From the IMG/VR virus record IMGVR_UViG_3300025881_000002: a DNA stretch of 64,000 bases; one strand, written 5' to 3'. The stretch comes from a virus. This document shows positions 1-9,628 of this stretch, one piece after another. Positions within the stretch are counted from its first letter, which is position 1, and each line of letters begins with the position of its first letter. The notes under the pieces were generated by a model. It was not told the origin of the DNA. It did not search any database and was given only the letters and a program-made list of their open reading frames with translations. Made by a program: the position numbers and the translations under genes.

Positions 1-165
1 ATAATTCAATCATTTGGGTACACAATTCAATCATATAAGCTTTATTTCTTTTTTTTACCATTTTTAAGAAATATTTTCATAGTTTTATTATCATCTTGTA
101 ATTGAATTTCATCAATTTCACAATTCATATCTACAAATTGTCTTCCTATACCTTCTTTAATAATT

Positions 166-537
166 TCAACTCTTGTTACTTTTGTTGTTTTCATTATACC
201 ATTCTATAAATTTAATTACTACATAATAAACTGCTTCTAATTTAGATTTCATAATTACTTTTTCAGGACTTTCAGGAATGCATCCTGCTATAGCTCTAAA
301 AGTATCTTTTTGTTCTAAATATAAACTAAATTCACAATAATGAGAATTTATATTTATTTTAGGTAAAGTTGATTCATCTTCATATAAATATTCAATCTTT
401 TCAACAATTTGCATTAACCAATCCCATGATTTATGATATTTTAAATCATATTTATCAATAAAAAACTTATTATCATCAATTTTTAATTCAAACTTTCTAA
501 TAAGTTTATTACCATTTAATACAAAATTCTTCTCCAT
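166..537 (-). CDS. hypothetical protein
   Basis: 123-aa ORF. Its start overlaps the stop of the upstream UDG-like gene, so it is the distal member of the same minus-strand operon. No recognisable motif. Confidence 0.5.
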   Translation of the reverse strand: MEKNFVLNGNKLIRKFELKIDDNKFFIDKYDLKYHKSWDWLMQIVEKIEYLYEDESTLPKININSHYCEFSLYLEQKDTFRAIAGCIPESPEKVIMKSKLEAVYYVVIKFIEWYNENNKSNKS

Positions 538-1207
538 TATTTTCTCTTATTATATCATTAGCTTTTACAAAGTTATCACATTTCCAATCTGTTTTATTAT
601 GAGCTGAAGCTGCTGGATGTATTGCTTTTAATACATAACATTGTTTACTTAAATCATAAACATCAGTAGTTTCATATTTTTGAGCATTATTACCCCATAG
701 CATAACTATTAAACCTGGATTATTTTCACTAATAATTTTTAAAATTTGTTTAGTAAATCTATCCCATACTTTAAAATGAGAAGTAGGTTTATTACGAGTT
801 ACAGTTAAAGCTGTATTAAGTAATAAAACACCTTGATCTGCCCAATCTTCTAATGTTGGGTCAAAATCAAGATTAAATTCCTTATATACTTCTCTTTCTA
901 CAGATTCAATAATTTTTGTTAATGAAGGACTTGTTTTTAATATATAGTCTTTATTAGCAAAAGCTAAACCTGTAGCATTACCATCAAAGTAAGGATCTTG
1001 TCCTAATATTACAACTTTTATCTTCTTAGGATTACATAATTTAAAAGCTTTAAATACATCTTTTTTATCAGGGTATATTATCTTTTTATCATATTCATTC
1101 TGTAGATATTGTAATACTTTTTTCATATAAGGAGAAGATACAAGATCCCTTACTTCAGGGATCTTATACCATTCACCTAAGTGTTTAGTCCAATTCATTA
1201 ATTCCAA
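509..1207 (-). CDS. ung: family-1 uracil-DNA glycosylase-like protein with atypical motifs
   Basis: Collinear with E. coli/human UNG by eye: VVILGQDPYF (GQDPYH motif), GLAFA, GVLLLNTALTV (LLLN), MLWGNNAQ, and HPAASAH in place of HPSPLSAH. Confidence 0.8.
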   Translation of the reverse strand: MELMNWTKHLGEWYKIPEVRDLVSSPYMKKVLQYLQNEYDKKIIYPDKKDVFKAFKLCNPKKIKVVILGQDPYFDGNATGLAFANKDYILKTSPSLTKIIESVEREVYKEFNLDFDPTLEDWADQGVLLLNTALTVTRNKPTSHFKVWDRFTKQILKIISENNPGLIVMLWGNNAQKYETTDVYDLSKQCYVLKAIHPAASAHNKTDWKCDNFVKANDIIRENNGEEFCIKW

Positions 1208-2742
1208 AAATTATCTTTAGTTAAAGCTCCATACATAGAATCAAATTTAGCTTCATTTTTACCTAAATAATCTTTTTTAGCTTTAAGAGTTTCCATTATT
1301 TTAGTTCTTAAAGAATTATAAGATACATATCTTTCAATAATATCCTTAAATTTAAGAAGAGGTAATGATTTCTTAATAACATATTCTAATTTATTACTTG
1401 AAGATTTTAATTCTTTATACAAATCTGAAGTATTATCAGCTAGTTTATCAGAATTAATATTTACAAATTTAACAAATGTAGAACAGAATATTAAAAAATT
1501 AACTACTTTTTCAAATTCAAACGTTGGTGAATGTTGTCTAAATTCTAAAGTTTTCTTATTACCAAAAATTATAGGTACTAAATTTAACCAAGTATATCTA
1601 GAATGAATATTCCATTTAGATGTACCTTTAGGATCACTAGGATGCTTTTTAACTTTTTTAAGATCATTATTATAATTATCATAACTTCTACTGTCAGAAG
1701 CCATATAAAATAATCTAGCAAACTTTTCTTTTAAAGTTTTAGGTTCATTAATATTATCATGAACAGATTTAGCAATTTTTTTAGAATAATCTTTTTCTCT
1801 AGGATTATTATGATAACCTGTATTACCTCTTTTGTAAAAAGGTTGCATTTCAAATAATTCATCTTGTAAAAGATATCCTAAATTATAAGAAGCTAATATA
1901 GAATTTTCTTCTCTTTTAAGACCTCCTACGTGAATATGCAATGCACATTTTATATCAAATTTAGTACGCTTTTTAAGTTCTTCACAAATACCTTTTAAAG
2001 CATATAAACCTTTTTTACCAGATAAAGGTATAGTAACATATTCTAAACCGTCAATACTACCATCTCTTAAAGCTAAAACACCATATTTATAACATAATCT
2101 TTCAGCAACATAACCTGTAGAAGTTTCAAATTCTACACCAAAAGTAATTCCATTATCTTCTAACCAATCACCTAAAACATTTAACTGATTATTAGAGTAA
2201 TCTGGTTTAAAATGAGAATTAAATATATTTTTAGTTATCCCTTGAGAAAATCTACTATCATAAGGTAATCTTGATTTATTAATAATTTTATTACTAATTT
2301 CATTAAGAAACTTTGCTGTAATAGATGAATGTTTAGTACTATAAAAAATACCATCTCCTAAACGTTCTTTATATCCTAATTTTAAAGCTATTTCTTCAGA
2401 TATACAATGTAAATCTTTAGATACTTTATTAGGATCATCACGTAGAACAACATTTTCAACTAAATTAGGTGTATAAAAACCTATAATAGGTTCTTCATTA
2501 TTAATATCTACAATACCTGATTTTAAATGATTTTTATGAATTAAAACATATTTTTTTACATTATGATCATATTCTATAAGACCATTATTAAATCTATGAT
2601 ATTGATCTTCAATTTTATAGCATTCACCACTATCTTTTATTGAAACATCACCAACTAAATAATATTGACCTCTTATTCTTTTACAGTCTGATCTTTTTGC
2701 TTTTTTACCTGTAAAAGTTTTAATAATTCTGTTTTTATCCAT
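1198..2742 (-). CDS. Amidoligase_2-family (glutamine-synthetase-like fold) carboxylate-amine ligase
   Basis: Motifs FGVEFETS, LRDGSIDGLEYVTIP, CALHIHVGG and TLEFRQHSPT match the putative amidoligase family signature (E-x-E, H-x-H, EFR). Confidence 0.75.
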   Translation of the reverse strand: MDKNRIIKTFTGKKAKRSDCKRIRGQYYLVGDVSIKDSGECYKIEDQYHRFNNGLIEYDHNVKKYVLIHKNHLKSGIVDINNEEPIIGFYTPNLVENVVLRDDPNKVSKDLHCISEEIALKLGYKERLGDGIFYSTKHSSITAKFLNEISNKIINKSRLPYDSRFSQGITKNIFNSHFKPDYSNNQLNVLGDWLEDNGITFGVEFETSTGYVAERLCYKYGVLALRDGSIDGLEYVTIPLSGKKGLYALKGICEELKKRTKFDIKCALHIHVGGLKREENSILASYNLGYLLQDELFEMQPFYKRGNTGYHNNPREKDYSKKIAKSVHDNINEPKTLKEKFARLFYMASDSRSYDNYNNDLKKVKKHPSDPKGTSKWNIHSRYTWLNLVPIIFGNKKTLEFRQHSPTFEFEKVVNFLIFCSTFVKFVNINSDKLADNTSDLYKELKSSSNKLEYVIKKSLPLLKFKDIIERYVSYNSLRTKIMETLKAKKDYLGKNEAKFDSMYGALTKDNFWN

Positions 2743-2750
2743 TGTTATTA

Positions 2751-4589
2751 TTACACATTTTGATTAATAGAATTTACTGCTTCTGAAATTGGTTTTAAGC
2801 CATTTTCTAAAGTTTCTGTAAACTCTATAATCATATTAGTTAATTTACTATTTGACTTATACTCTTTTAATTCTTGTACGCTTTCTATAGCTGCGTCAAA
2901 ATTAGACATTACTTCAAATACAGTATCTATTTCATCTATACTACCTAATTCCATCATAGAATTAATTTCTTCTTCAAAAGTAGAATCTTCTACATCATCC
3001 TCTTCTTCATCTTCAAGTTTAGAAGAAGTTATAGAGGCGTTTTCAAAAATATCAAGAGTATTAAAATTAGCACTGTCATATTCTATCATTTCATCTTTTA
3101 AGGATGCTTTGGTTAATATACCATTATGGACAGTATAAACAACATAACTTCCAGCCATTATTATTTGACCACTAAACATTTTACTATCTTTAGTAATAGC
3201 TTGTTTAGCTCTTGTTATAACATCCTCTTTTTTTATCCTATCTAAATCAATAATAGGATGAACAGACATGTCAGAATAATCTTCAAATGTAGGTTCTTTT
3301 TTTCTAGCTAATGAAGGATTAAGACAAAACATATAGTCTTCTTCTGTTTCTAAAAGAACTCCATTATGAAAATAAAATAAATCTGCATCTTCGATATTTC
3401 CAAAATTGATATTTTCAGGCTGGGTTAAAGAAGAATCTAAAAAACTAAAATCTGATAATTTACTTTTAAGTTTATTAATATCATCTCCAATTTTAACATA
3501 ACCAATTTGATCTATAAATATGTGAATACCACTAACTCTTTTATTTTCAGAATCAAACCATCTTAGTTTGTTAAAGTTGATTTCTTGATACGTATTTTTA
3601 ATATATTTCTTTTCATAAAATAAATTATTTATAGCGTGATCATTAGTATTCATATCATCATTAGAATTTGAATCTAATGTTCTATTATAACCTATTCTAC
3701 TATTTGTAGTAGATTTTGGTTTAGTAGTATTAGCAAACTCTTTCTTTTTAGTTTCATAATAGTCAATAACATTACTTCTATCTATAACACATTTTTTAAC
3801 TATTTTACCAGCTTTTATCTCATAGATTCTATTAGGAGCAACTTCAAATATATTTTTTTTATCCTCTTCAACATTAATTATTGCTAATAATGAATCTTTT
3901 AAAGATGAAATATACATGCTACCATCATTCTCTTGCCAATAATATAAAGGTCTTTCGTCCCTTTCATAAGTATTAGTAAAAGTATCTTGTTTAGATTTAC
4001 CTCTAAATAAATACATAGTATCAGGGTTTTCAGAACTATGCATTAATAATGCAGCAGCACCATAATACTGTTCTAAAACTTTAATATTAGCATCATCTTT
4101 GGATATAATTTCTAATAATATTTGACTATCAATTTTACCAGTAGCATCAATTCCATATTCTCTAGCTATTTGATGATAATTTTTAAGTGTTCCATTATGA
4201 GCACCTATAAAATAACCTTCTTCACCATAATCAAATTTAAAAGGGTGAGCAGCAGAAATAGTATGTTTACCTACTGTAGCATGTCTAGTATGACCTATAA
4301 CTACTGTAGATTCTTTTGGATGAGGAGTTGTATTTTTGATTATATAATCTTGATATTCAGATATCACTCCAATACCTTTGTATAACTCACCATTTACAGC
4401 AACTCCACAAGAGTGTTTACCTCTCTCTACATTATACATACCTAATTTATCAAATTTATCTTTAGAAAATTTATCTGAGCTACTTCCTACCCATCCAAAT
4501 AAACCACAAGATAAAACTGATGAATTTTTATTCTTTCTTACGAGTAATAATACATAATGTATTAATATTAATATTAAGATTGTTTTCAT
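2751..4589 (-). CDS. class-II (Ntn) glutamine amidotransferase domain protein with about 300-aa unknown acidic C-terminal region
   Basis: SCGLFGW, RGKHSCGVA, IGHTRHATVG, AHNGTLKNY and DSQIL resemble the PurF/GlmS/AsnB Ntn-GATase motifs. The nucleophile Cys is preceded by a 27-residue hydrophobic leader, which may be a propeptide. Confidence 0.7.
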   Translation of the reverse strand: MKTILILILIHYVLLLVRKNKNSSVLSCGLFGWVGSSSDKFSKDKFDKLGMYNVERGKHSCGVAVNGELYKGIGVISEYQDYIIKNTTPHPKESTVVIGHTRHATVGKHTISAAHPFKFDYGEEGYFIGAHNGTLKNYHQIAREYGIDATGKIDSQILLEIISKDDANIKVLEQYYGAAALLMHSSENPDTMYLFRGKSKQDTFTNTYERDERPLYYWQENDGSMYISSLKDSLLAIINVEEDKKNIFEVAPNRIYEIKAGKIVKKCVIDRSNVIDYYETKKKEFANTTKPKSTTNSRIGYNRTLDSNSNDDMNTNDHAINNLFYEKKYIKNTYQEINFNKLRWFDSENKRVSGIHIFIDQIGYVKIGDDINKLKSKLSDFSFLDSSLTQPENINFGNIEDADLFYFHNGVLLETEEDYMFCLNPSLARKKEPTFEDYSDMSVHPIIDLDRIKKEDVITRAKQAITKDSKMFSGQIIMAGSYVVYTVHNGILTKASLKDEMIEYDSANFNTLDIFENASITSSKLEDEEEDDVEDSTFEEEINSMMELGSIDEIDTVFEVMSNFDAAIESVQELKEYKSNSKLTNMIIEFTETLENGLKPISEAVNSINQNV

Positions 4590-4599
4590 TTAATTTATT

Positions 4600-5418
4600 T
4601 TAAGCTAATTGTTTATCATTTAAGTTATTAAGAACTTTATCTAAGTTCTTTAAGTTAACAGTTTTGTCACTGTTTAAACATGATTCTACTAATTCTTTTA
4701 ATTCTTTATTAGTTTTCTTACTATTATTTGCAAATTCAATTGCTTTTAAGGTTCTATTCCATACATCAGTAATAGATTCTTCATTACGTAGAAAATAACC
4801 TCCTAGAGATCTACATTCTACTCCATAATCTTTATCTCTAGAATCACCAATTTTTCCATACAATAATCTACGATTATGCACATCTAAATCTTGATTAATT
4901 AAAGGTAAAGTAACAAACAGTTCAAAACAAAGTACTAATCTATCGTTAGTTTCTTCCTCAGGATATTCATAACCTATATGAATATGCATCCCAGCAGATC
5001 TTAAATTTCTATCTTCTTCTGATAATAATTCAATGTTGAGTTCAACTGATTGTTCATCTAAAACATTATAAGATGGTGAGCAACCAAATATATTTGCTTT
5101 CTCATCTTCTAATATCTTTTTAGTAGCTATTTCACTACTAGAATAATATAATTCCTTATCTAAAGGAGCTAAAATTGTTTCTATATAATTTTTAGAATGG
5201 TCTACTGATTTTAAGAACACTTCTAAATTGTTAGTAGGTGGAGTATTAAATTCAACAAGAATATTATCTTCTTGAACAAAACAACCTTTACCTATATCTA
5301 TAGGATTATCTTTCGTACCTTTAAAAAGATTAATTGCAGATGATAATTCACCTGATTTGTCTTTAATAAAAATTTCAGGATCTGATCCTATAAGTACATT
5401 TTTTATACTATAACTCAT
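4600..5418 (-). CDS. phiEco32-type COOH-NH2 ligase (GS/GCS2-like amidoligase)
   Basis: GSDPEIF near the N-terminus, then VEFNTPP, SAGMHIHIGY and GVECRSLGG. This pattern fits the phage COOH.NH2 ligase family. Confidence 0.65.
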   Translation of the reverse strand: MSYSIKNVLIGSDPEIFIKDKSGELSSAINLFKGTKDNPIDIGKGCFVQEDNILVEFNTPPTNNLEVFLKSVDHSKNYIETILAPLDKELYYSSSEIATKKILEDEKANIFGCSPSYNVLDEQSVELNIELLSEEDRNLRSAGMHIHIGYEYPEEETNDRLVLCFELFVTLPLINQDLDVHNRRLLYGKIGDSRDKDYGVECRSLGGYFLRNEESITDVWNRTLKAIEFANNSKKTNKELKELVESCLNSDKTVNLKNLDKVLNNLNDKQLA

Positions 5419-6088
5419 TTAATAATAATTTGTTTAATAATTCATAACTATATTCTTTAAAACCTTTACTTGAATAACTTCTTTCAGGATGACCTTGAAT
5501 AGCTAAAGATCTAGTATTTTTGTAATATACTATTTCTGGCTCTTTAAAATCTTTAGGCACTGGGAAATCTTTTCCTTCACCTGATTCATATCTAGTAGAT
5601 ATCTTTTTTAATGTAGTTCCTAATAATTTGTAATGTTTAGAATCTATATTATTAGGATACATCATTTGATGATGAGTAGATATTACATTAATAGTTTTAC
5701 CTTCAGATGTAATAATATTATGACTTGAAAGATGATTTGTTACATGTTGTATAACTTTACCTCCTGATAGAGCTGTTAATAATTGAGCACCCCTACAAAT
5801 ACCCATTTTAGGTATTGTAACAGGATATTTATTAAACATTACTGATTCAGTAATATCTCTTCTATTATTAACTCTAGTCATATGATGAATCTTATCTTCT
5901 TTATAGATATAAGGATTCACATCTTTACCTCCAGTAAATAATATTAAATCAATTCTAGCCAAAGGATATTTTTTATTAGGTCTATCTAAAAATGTACAAT
6001 TATATTTATCTTGAAAAAATCTTTGAACATCTATTGATAAATATTTTTTATTTGTTAGTATTACTAAATTTTTTTTAGGCTCTGTCAT
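5408..6088 (-). CDS. class-I glutamine amidotransferase / peptidase C26 (gamma-glutamyl hydrolase, PuuD-like)
   Basis: Cys-His-Glu triad context: MGICRGAQLL, THHQMM, AIQGHPE. Confidence 0.8.
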   Translation of the reverse strand: MTEPKKNLVILTNKKYLSIDVQRFFQDKYNCTFLDRPNKKYPLARIDLILFTGGKDVNPYIYKEDKIHHMTRVNNRRDITESVMFNKYPVTIPKMGICRGAQLLTALSGGKVIQHVTNHLSSHNIITSEGKTINVISTHHQMMYPNNIDSKHYKLLGTTLKKISTRYESGEGKDFPVPKDFKEPEIVYYKNTRSLAIQGHPERSYSSKGFKEYSYELLNKLLLNEL

Positions 6089-6977
6089 ATTTAAGTTTTA
6101 ACATTTTAGGAATTTCTTCTATATACTGTTTAGTAACAAAAGTTAATTCTTCTTGATTATCTCCAAAACTAGGTGCAGAGTTTATTTCAACAACTATAAA
6201 TTCAGAATAATCTCTTTTTCTATTTTTAGAATCAGTAGAAGATTGAATTCTTAAATCTACAGCTCCAAAATCGAGTCCAACAGCATTAAGGGCTTTAACA
6301 CTATGTAATACAACATCGTCCCAATTAACTGGTTTATCAAACAACCCAGTTTCTGAGTTTTCCATAATCCAAACGCAGTTATCATCGTTTCTATACCATT
6401 TTTTTTCATCTTCAGTTTCTCTTTTAAGCATTTTTCTACAAGTATAGAAGCAACCTTCACTATTTACATGAAGTCTATATTCTCTAGAGTAATTATAATA
6501 CTTTTCAAAAATATAAGATTTACAATTCTTACCTTTCATCCAAGCTTGCAATTCTTCAGGAGTATTATGTTTTGTATTACCTTTACCTCTACTACCAAAT
6601 AATGATTTAGAAATAATAGGATATTGAAGATCATTAATAGATAATATTAAATCTTCATTTGAATCCATTAATATAAAGTTAAGTTTTTCAGACCATAGGT
6701 AACCTACAGCTGTCTTAACTTTTCCTTTAACAAAACAACGTTTCATTCTTAACTTACTACTACTATTTCTAATAGCATCAATAGTATTAAGTTCAATTCT
6801 ATCACCTCCATTAGATACTGTATCAGATTGATCTGTAGTAGATCCTAATCTAATAATAGATTTAAATGGTAAAAGTGGTAGAGTTCTATTTTTTAACCTT
6901 AATATTGAATGAGAAGGATGTCTAGATCTAACCATAGGTCTAAACTTAGTGTAATTTTTCTTTTTAATTATAGTCAT
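6075..6977 (-). CDS. ATP-grasp ligase (RimK/glutathione-synthetase-like)
   Basis: PIISKSLFGSRGKGN (P-loop-like Gly-rich loop), YIFEKYYNYSREYRLHV, and FGAVDLRI...FIVVEINSAPSFG (Mg/ATP-binding E-x-N). Confidence 0.7.
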   Translation of the reverse strand: MTIIKKKNYTKFRPMVRSRHPSHSILRLKNRTLPLLPFKSIIRLGSTTDQSDTVSNGGDRIELNTIDAIRNSSSKLRMKRCFVKGKVKTAVGYLWSEKLNFILMDSNEDLILSINDLQYPIISKSLFGSRGKGNTKHNTPEELQAWMKGKNCKSYIFEKYYNYSREYRLHVNSEGCFYTCRKMLKRETEDEKKWYRNDDNCVWIMENSETGLFDKPVNWDDVVLHSVKALNAVGLDFGAVDLRIQSSTDSKNRKRDYSEFIVVEINSAPSFGDNQEELTFVTKQYIEEIPKMLKLKYDRA

Positions 6978-7420
6978 TTTAATAATTTTGTTAAGTTTTC
7001 TAAATTATATTCTGGTTCTCTAAAACCTTTTACCTTCATTTTATTTAAATTATTATGAGGTACAGAATTTAATTTTATTAAAAAAGGATATTTAATATCT
7101 CTACCGTGTGATTCCAATCTTATAACAGAATTATAAAAAACAAAACCTTGTCTATCTCCACAATATCTACCTGTTACATTAGAACTTAAAAGATATTTTT
7201 TAAGAATAGTAAAAAATCTTTTTTTAGTTAATGAAGAATAATAAGTTTTACAAACATTATATAAATCAATTATAGATCTTTGAAGAGAAATACAATGAGG
7301 TTGATTACACTCATAATTTTTATAAGTATATTGACATCCATATCTTCTACTTTCAAAAAACCATTTTATAAAATCTTTTATATATCTAGGTTTTTTTTCT
7401 ATTTTTACATATAATTTCAT
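6974..7420 (-). CDS. hypothetical protein (Cys-rich, basic) inside the ligase operon
   Basis: 148-aa ORF. Its stop overlaps the ATP-grasp start. No recognisable motif. Confidence 0.5.
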   Translation of the reverse strand: MKLYVKIEKKPRYIKDFIKWFFESRRYGCQYTYKNYECNQPHCISLQRSIIDLYNVCKTYYSSLTKKRFFTILKKYLLSSNVTGRYCGDRQGFVFYNSVIRLESHGRDIKYPFLIKLNSVPHNNLNKMKVKGFREPEYNLENLTKLLK

Positions 7421-7425
7421 TTATT

Positions 7426-7821
7426 TTAATATTTGTTTCTATAATCAGTATAATCACCTGATTCAATTAAAGTTGCATTACTAGCTCCATCGTGAAAATA
7501 TAATGAAGCTTCTATTTCTTCACCACCATCAAGTTCTACAGGTACAGGTTCTCTATAGTAACCTGTTTTAGAGGTATCTCCAGGTCTATAACCTTCAAGA
7601 CCATCTACTATAGGTAATTGTTCAGGAGTAACATCATACACTTCAACTTTAATCTTGCTAATAGGTTCTTTTGAATTTACAAAAGGTATCCCACTTGCTG
7701 TTAATTTATATTTATCTTTAGTCCATCCAGAATCAATAAGTTTTGAATTACCTAATACTCCGTGATTTCCATAACCTTCTCTTAATGTTCCGTAAACTGC
7801 TATTTTTATATTTTTATTCAT
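7426..7821 (-). CDS. gamma-glutamyl cyclotransferase (AIG2/GGCT-like)
   Basis: VYGTLREGYGNH N-terminal motif, VDGLEGY, and YYRE with a conserved Glu. Size is about 130 aa. Confidence 0.75.
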   Translation of the reverse strand: MNKNIKIAVYGTLREGYGNHGVLGNSKLIDSGWTKDKYKLTASGIPFVNSKEPISKIKVEVYDVTPEQLPIVDGLEGYRPGDTSKTGYYREPVPVELDGGEEIEASLYFHDGASNATLIESGDYTDYRNKY

Positions 7822-7823
7822 AT

Positions 7824-8906
7824 TTAATAAGGTAAATTGTCGTTAATTTTTAATTTTTTTAATTTTTCTGAAATTAAATCAGTTAATATCTTTTTTGCTT
7901 TTTCTTTCCCAAAATTTTTTACTAAATCACTAAAGTCTTTAGTTTTATATTTATCAGGTATTTTAATATTTATAATATTAAATTCATCACATAATTCTGA
8001 TGCAAATATCTGACCATAATTAGACTCTTTATCAAAATCATTATCATATAATATAAATATAGTTTCAAATCTTCTTTTTAATTCATTAACTACATTTATT
8101 TTAGGTTTTATTTTTTCATTTTGTAAAGATACCGATGCTAATCTACAAGTTTCATTTATAGACATTACATCTTTAAGAGATTTGGTCCAAATTAATATTT
8201 CATCAGACACAGGTAATTCTCTCCATCCTTGCCATATAGAAGTATTTACATCACTAAACCATTTATATTTACTAAAAGGTTGATATATTTTAAAAGTGGC
8301 TTCACCATCTTTGAATTCATAATAAGCATAAGAATATTTATCAGCTTTTACTGTTTTTTCTTTACTATTAGATTTAAATATAATATAGTCAACTGGAAAA
8401 ACATTATATTTTAAAAGTGTAATATGGTCTATACCAAAAGAATTCCAATATTTTATATCATAATCTTTCCAAGGTCTTACTGTAACACCTATTTTTACTT
8501 TATCATTTATTTTTACAGGTTTAGCACCTGTTTCAGGCTTATACTTTTTATATTCATTTTTAATAGAATTTTTACAATGATATATATTATCTAGCCAAAA
8601 ATCTACAGCTATTCTACTATATACATCAAACCAACTATTATATCCAAAATAATATTTTACAAATTGAAAAGCATCTCCTCCTCCCAATACAAAATCATTA
8701 TATAATATATCTCCAGTAGAATTTCTAAATAATGCAAAACTAGGTGTATTATCTTTTCTAAAAGGAGATGAAAAAGGTTCTTTTAATTTAATATCATTGT
8801 TAATATATTTTTTGAATATATCCCATTCAGTTATATTTTTTAATATTACTTCTCTACTTATAATTGGTTTATTTACATAAGGTAATTTATTCAAGTTTAT
8901 TTTCAT
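7824..8906 (-). CDS. DNA primase (Toprim domain, degenerate zinc-finger region)
   Basis: SPFRKDNTPSFALF resembles the CHC2 finger motif CPFHxEKTPSF but lacks the Cys residues. C-terminal Toprim signatures are LIWTKSLKD and ILYDNDFD (DxD). Confidence 0.7.
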   Translation of the reverse strand: MKINLNKLPYVNKPIISREVILKNITEWDIFKKYINNDIKLKEPFSSPFRKDNTPSFALFRNSTGDILYNDFVLGGGDAFQFVKYYFGYNSWFDVYSRIAVDFWLDNIYHCKNSIKNEYKKYKPETGAKPVKINDKVKIGVTVRPWKDYDIKYWNSFGIDHITLLKYNVFPVDYIIFKSNSKEKTVKADKYSYAYYEFKDGEATFKIYQPFSKYKWFSDVNTSIWQGWRELPVSDEILIWTKSLKDVMSINETCRLASVSLQNEKIKPKINVVNELKRRFETIFILYDNDFDKESNYGQIFASELCDEFNIINIKIPDKYKTKDFSDLVKNFGKEKAKKILTDLISEKLKKLKINDNLPY

Positions 8907-8916
8907 TTTTAGTTAA

Positions 8917-8946
8917 AGTAAAAAAGGGAGCTTTTACACTCCCTTC
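8917..8946 (-). terminator. rho-independent terminator
   Basis: On the minus strand: AAGGGAG-tgtaaaag-CTCCCTT followed by a T-run. It lies immediately downstream of the 8954 stop. Confidence 0.6.
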
Positions 8947-8953
8947 TATTATA

Positions 8954-9565
8954 TTACCAATCTATTTCATCACTTGATGGTAGATCAGCTGAAGTCTCTT
9001 CAAAAGAAGTTTCTTCCACTCTTGACATTAAGTCATCATACTGAGATTTATCAGAGTTTGAATTTACAGCAACTTTAAGTTTTGTAAATTCATCTGAAGA
9101 ATCTACAGCTTCAACAAAATTAATTTTTCTAACATTAAGATACTGACTAGGATAACCTTTTGTACCATAATTAACAAATACATTTACTTTACCTGTTTTA
9201 GAAGCTTCAGCAATTTGTTTCATTAAGAAATCAACAGCTGGTTTATAATCTTCAAATTCAGGAAGTTCTTTACCTATTAAAGAAGGGTTAATAGCATGTA
9301 GTAAATTTACTAATCTTGACAATGCAAATTTAGGATTACCTTTTCCACTATCATCTGGATAGTAAATACCATCATTTACTTCACCTCCATTATTATCTAC
9401 ATAGAATATTTTATATGGTGGTGCATTTTCTTTCTCTTCTGCTGTTCTTTTAGCAACACGTACTCTTACGTCTTTTACTCTACCAGCAATTCCTTCATTA
9501 AAGATAGGTTTTCTATCTTCATCATTGTTATTATTTTGTTGTGAAATTTCATTTAAATTTATCAT
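8954..9565 (-). CDS. possible ssDNA-binding protein (T7 gp2.5-like logic)
   Basis: Sits between the ATPase and primase genes. Has an acidic C-terminal tail ending in an aromatic residue (SADLPSSDEIDW). No direct motif match. Confidence 0.35.
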   Translation of the reverse strand: MINLNEISQQNNNNDEDRKPIFNEGIAGRVKDVRVRVAKRTAEEKENAPPYKIFYVDNNGGEVNDGIYYPDDSGKGNPKFALSRLVNLLHAINPSLIGKELPEFEDYKPAVDFLMKQIAEASKTGKVNVFVNYGTKGYPSQYLNVRKINFVEAVDSSDEFTKLKVAVNSNSDKSQYDDLMSRVEETSFEETSADLPSSDEIDW

Positions 9566-9628
9566 AAAATTTTATTATAAGTTTATAGTTAATAATTATT
9601 GACTATATTTCATCGACTTATATAAATT

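Noticed and set aside
2985-3012. The octapeptide EEEDDVED shared by the class-II GATase C-terminus and the intron ORF tail (16690-16716).
   Set aside because: The nucleotide sequences differ and both sit in low-complexity acidic tracts. This is most likely chance, though a shared short linear motif cannot be excluded.
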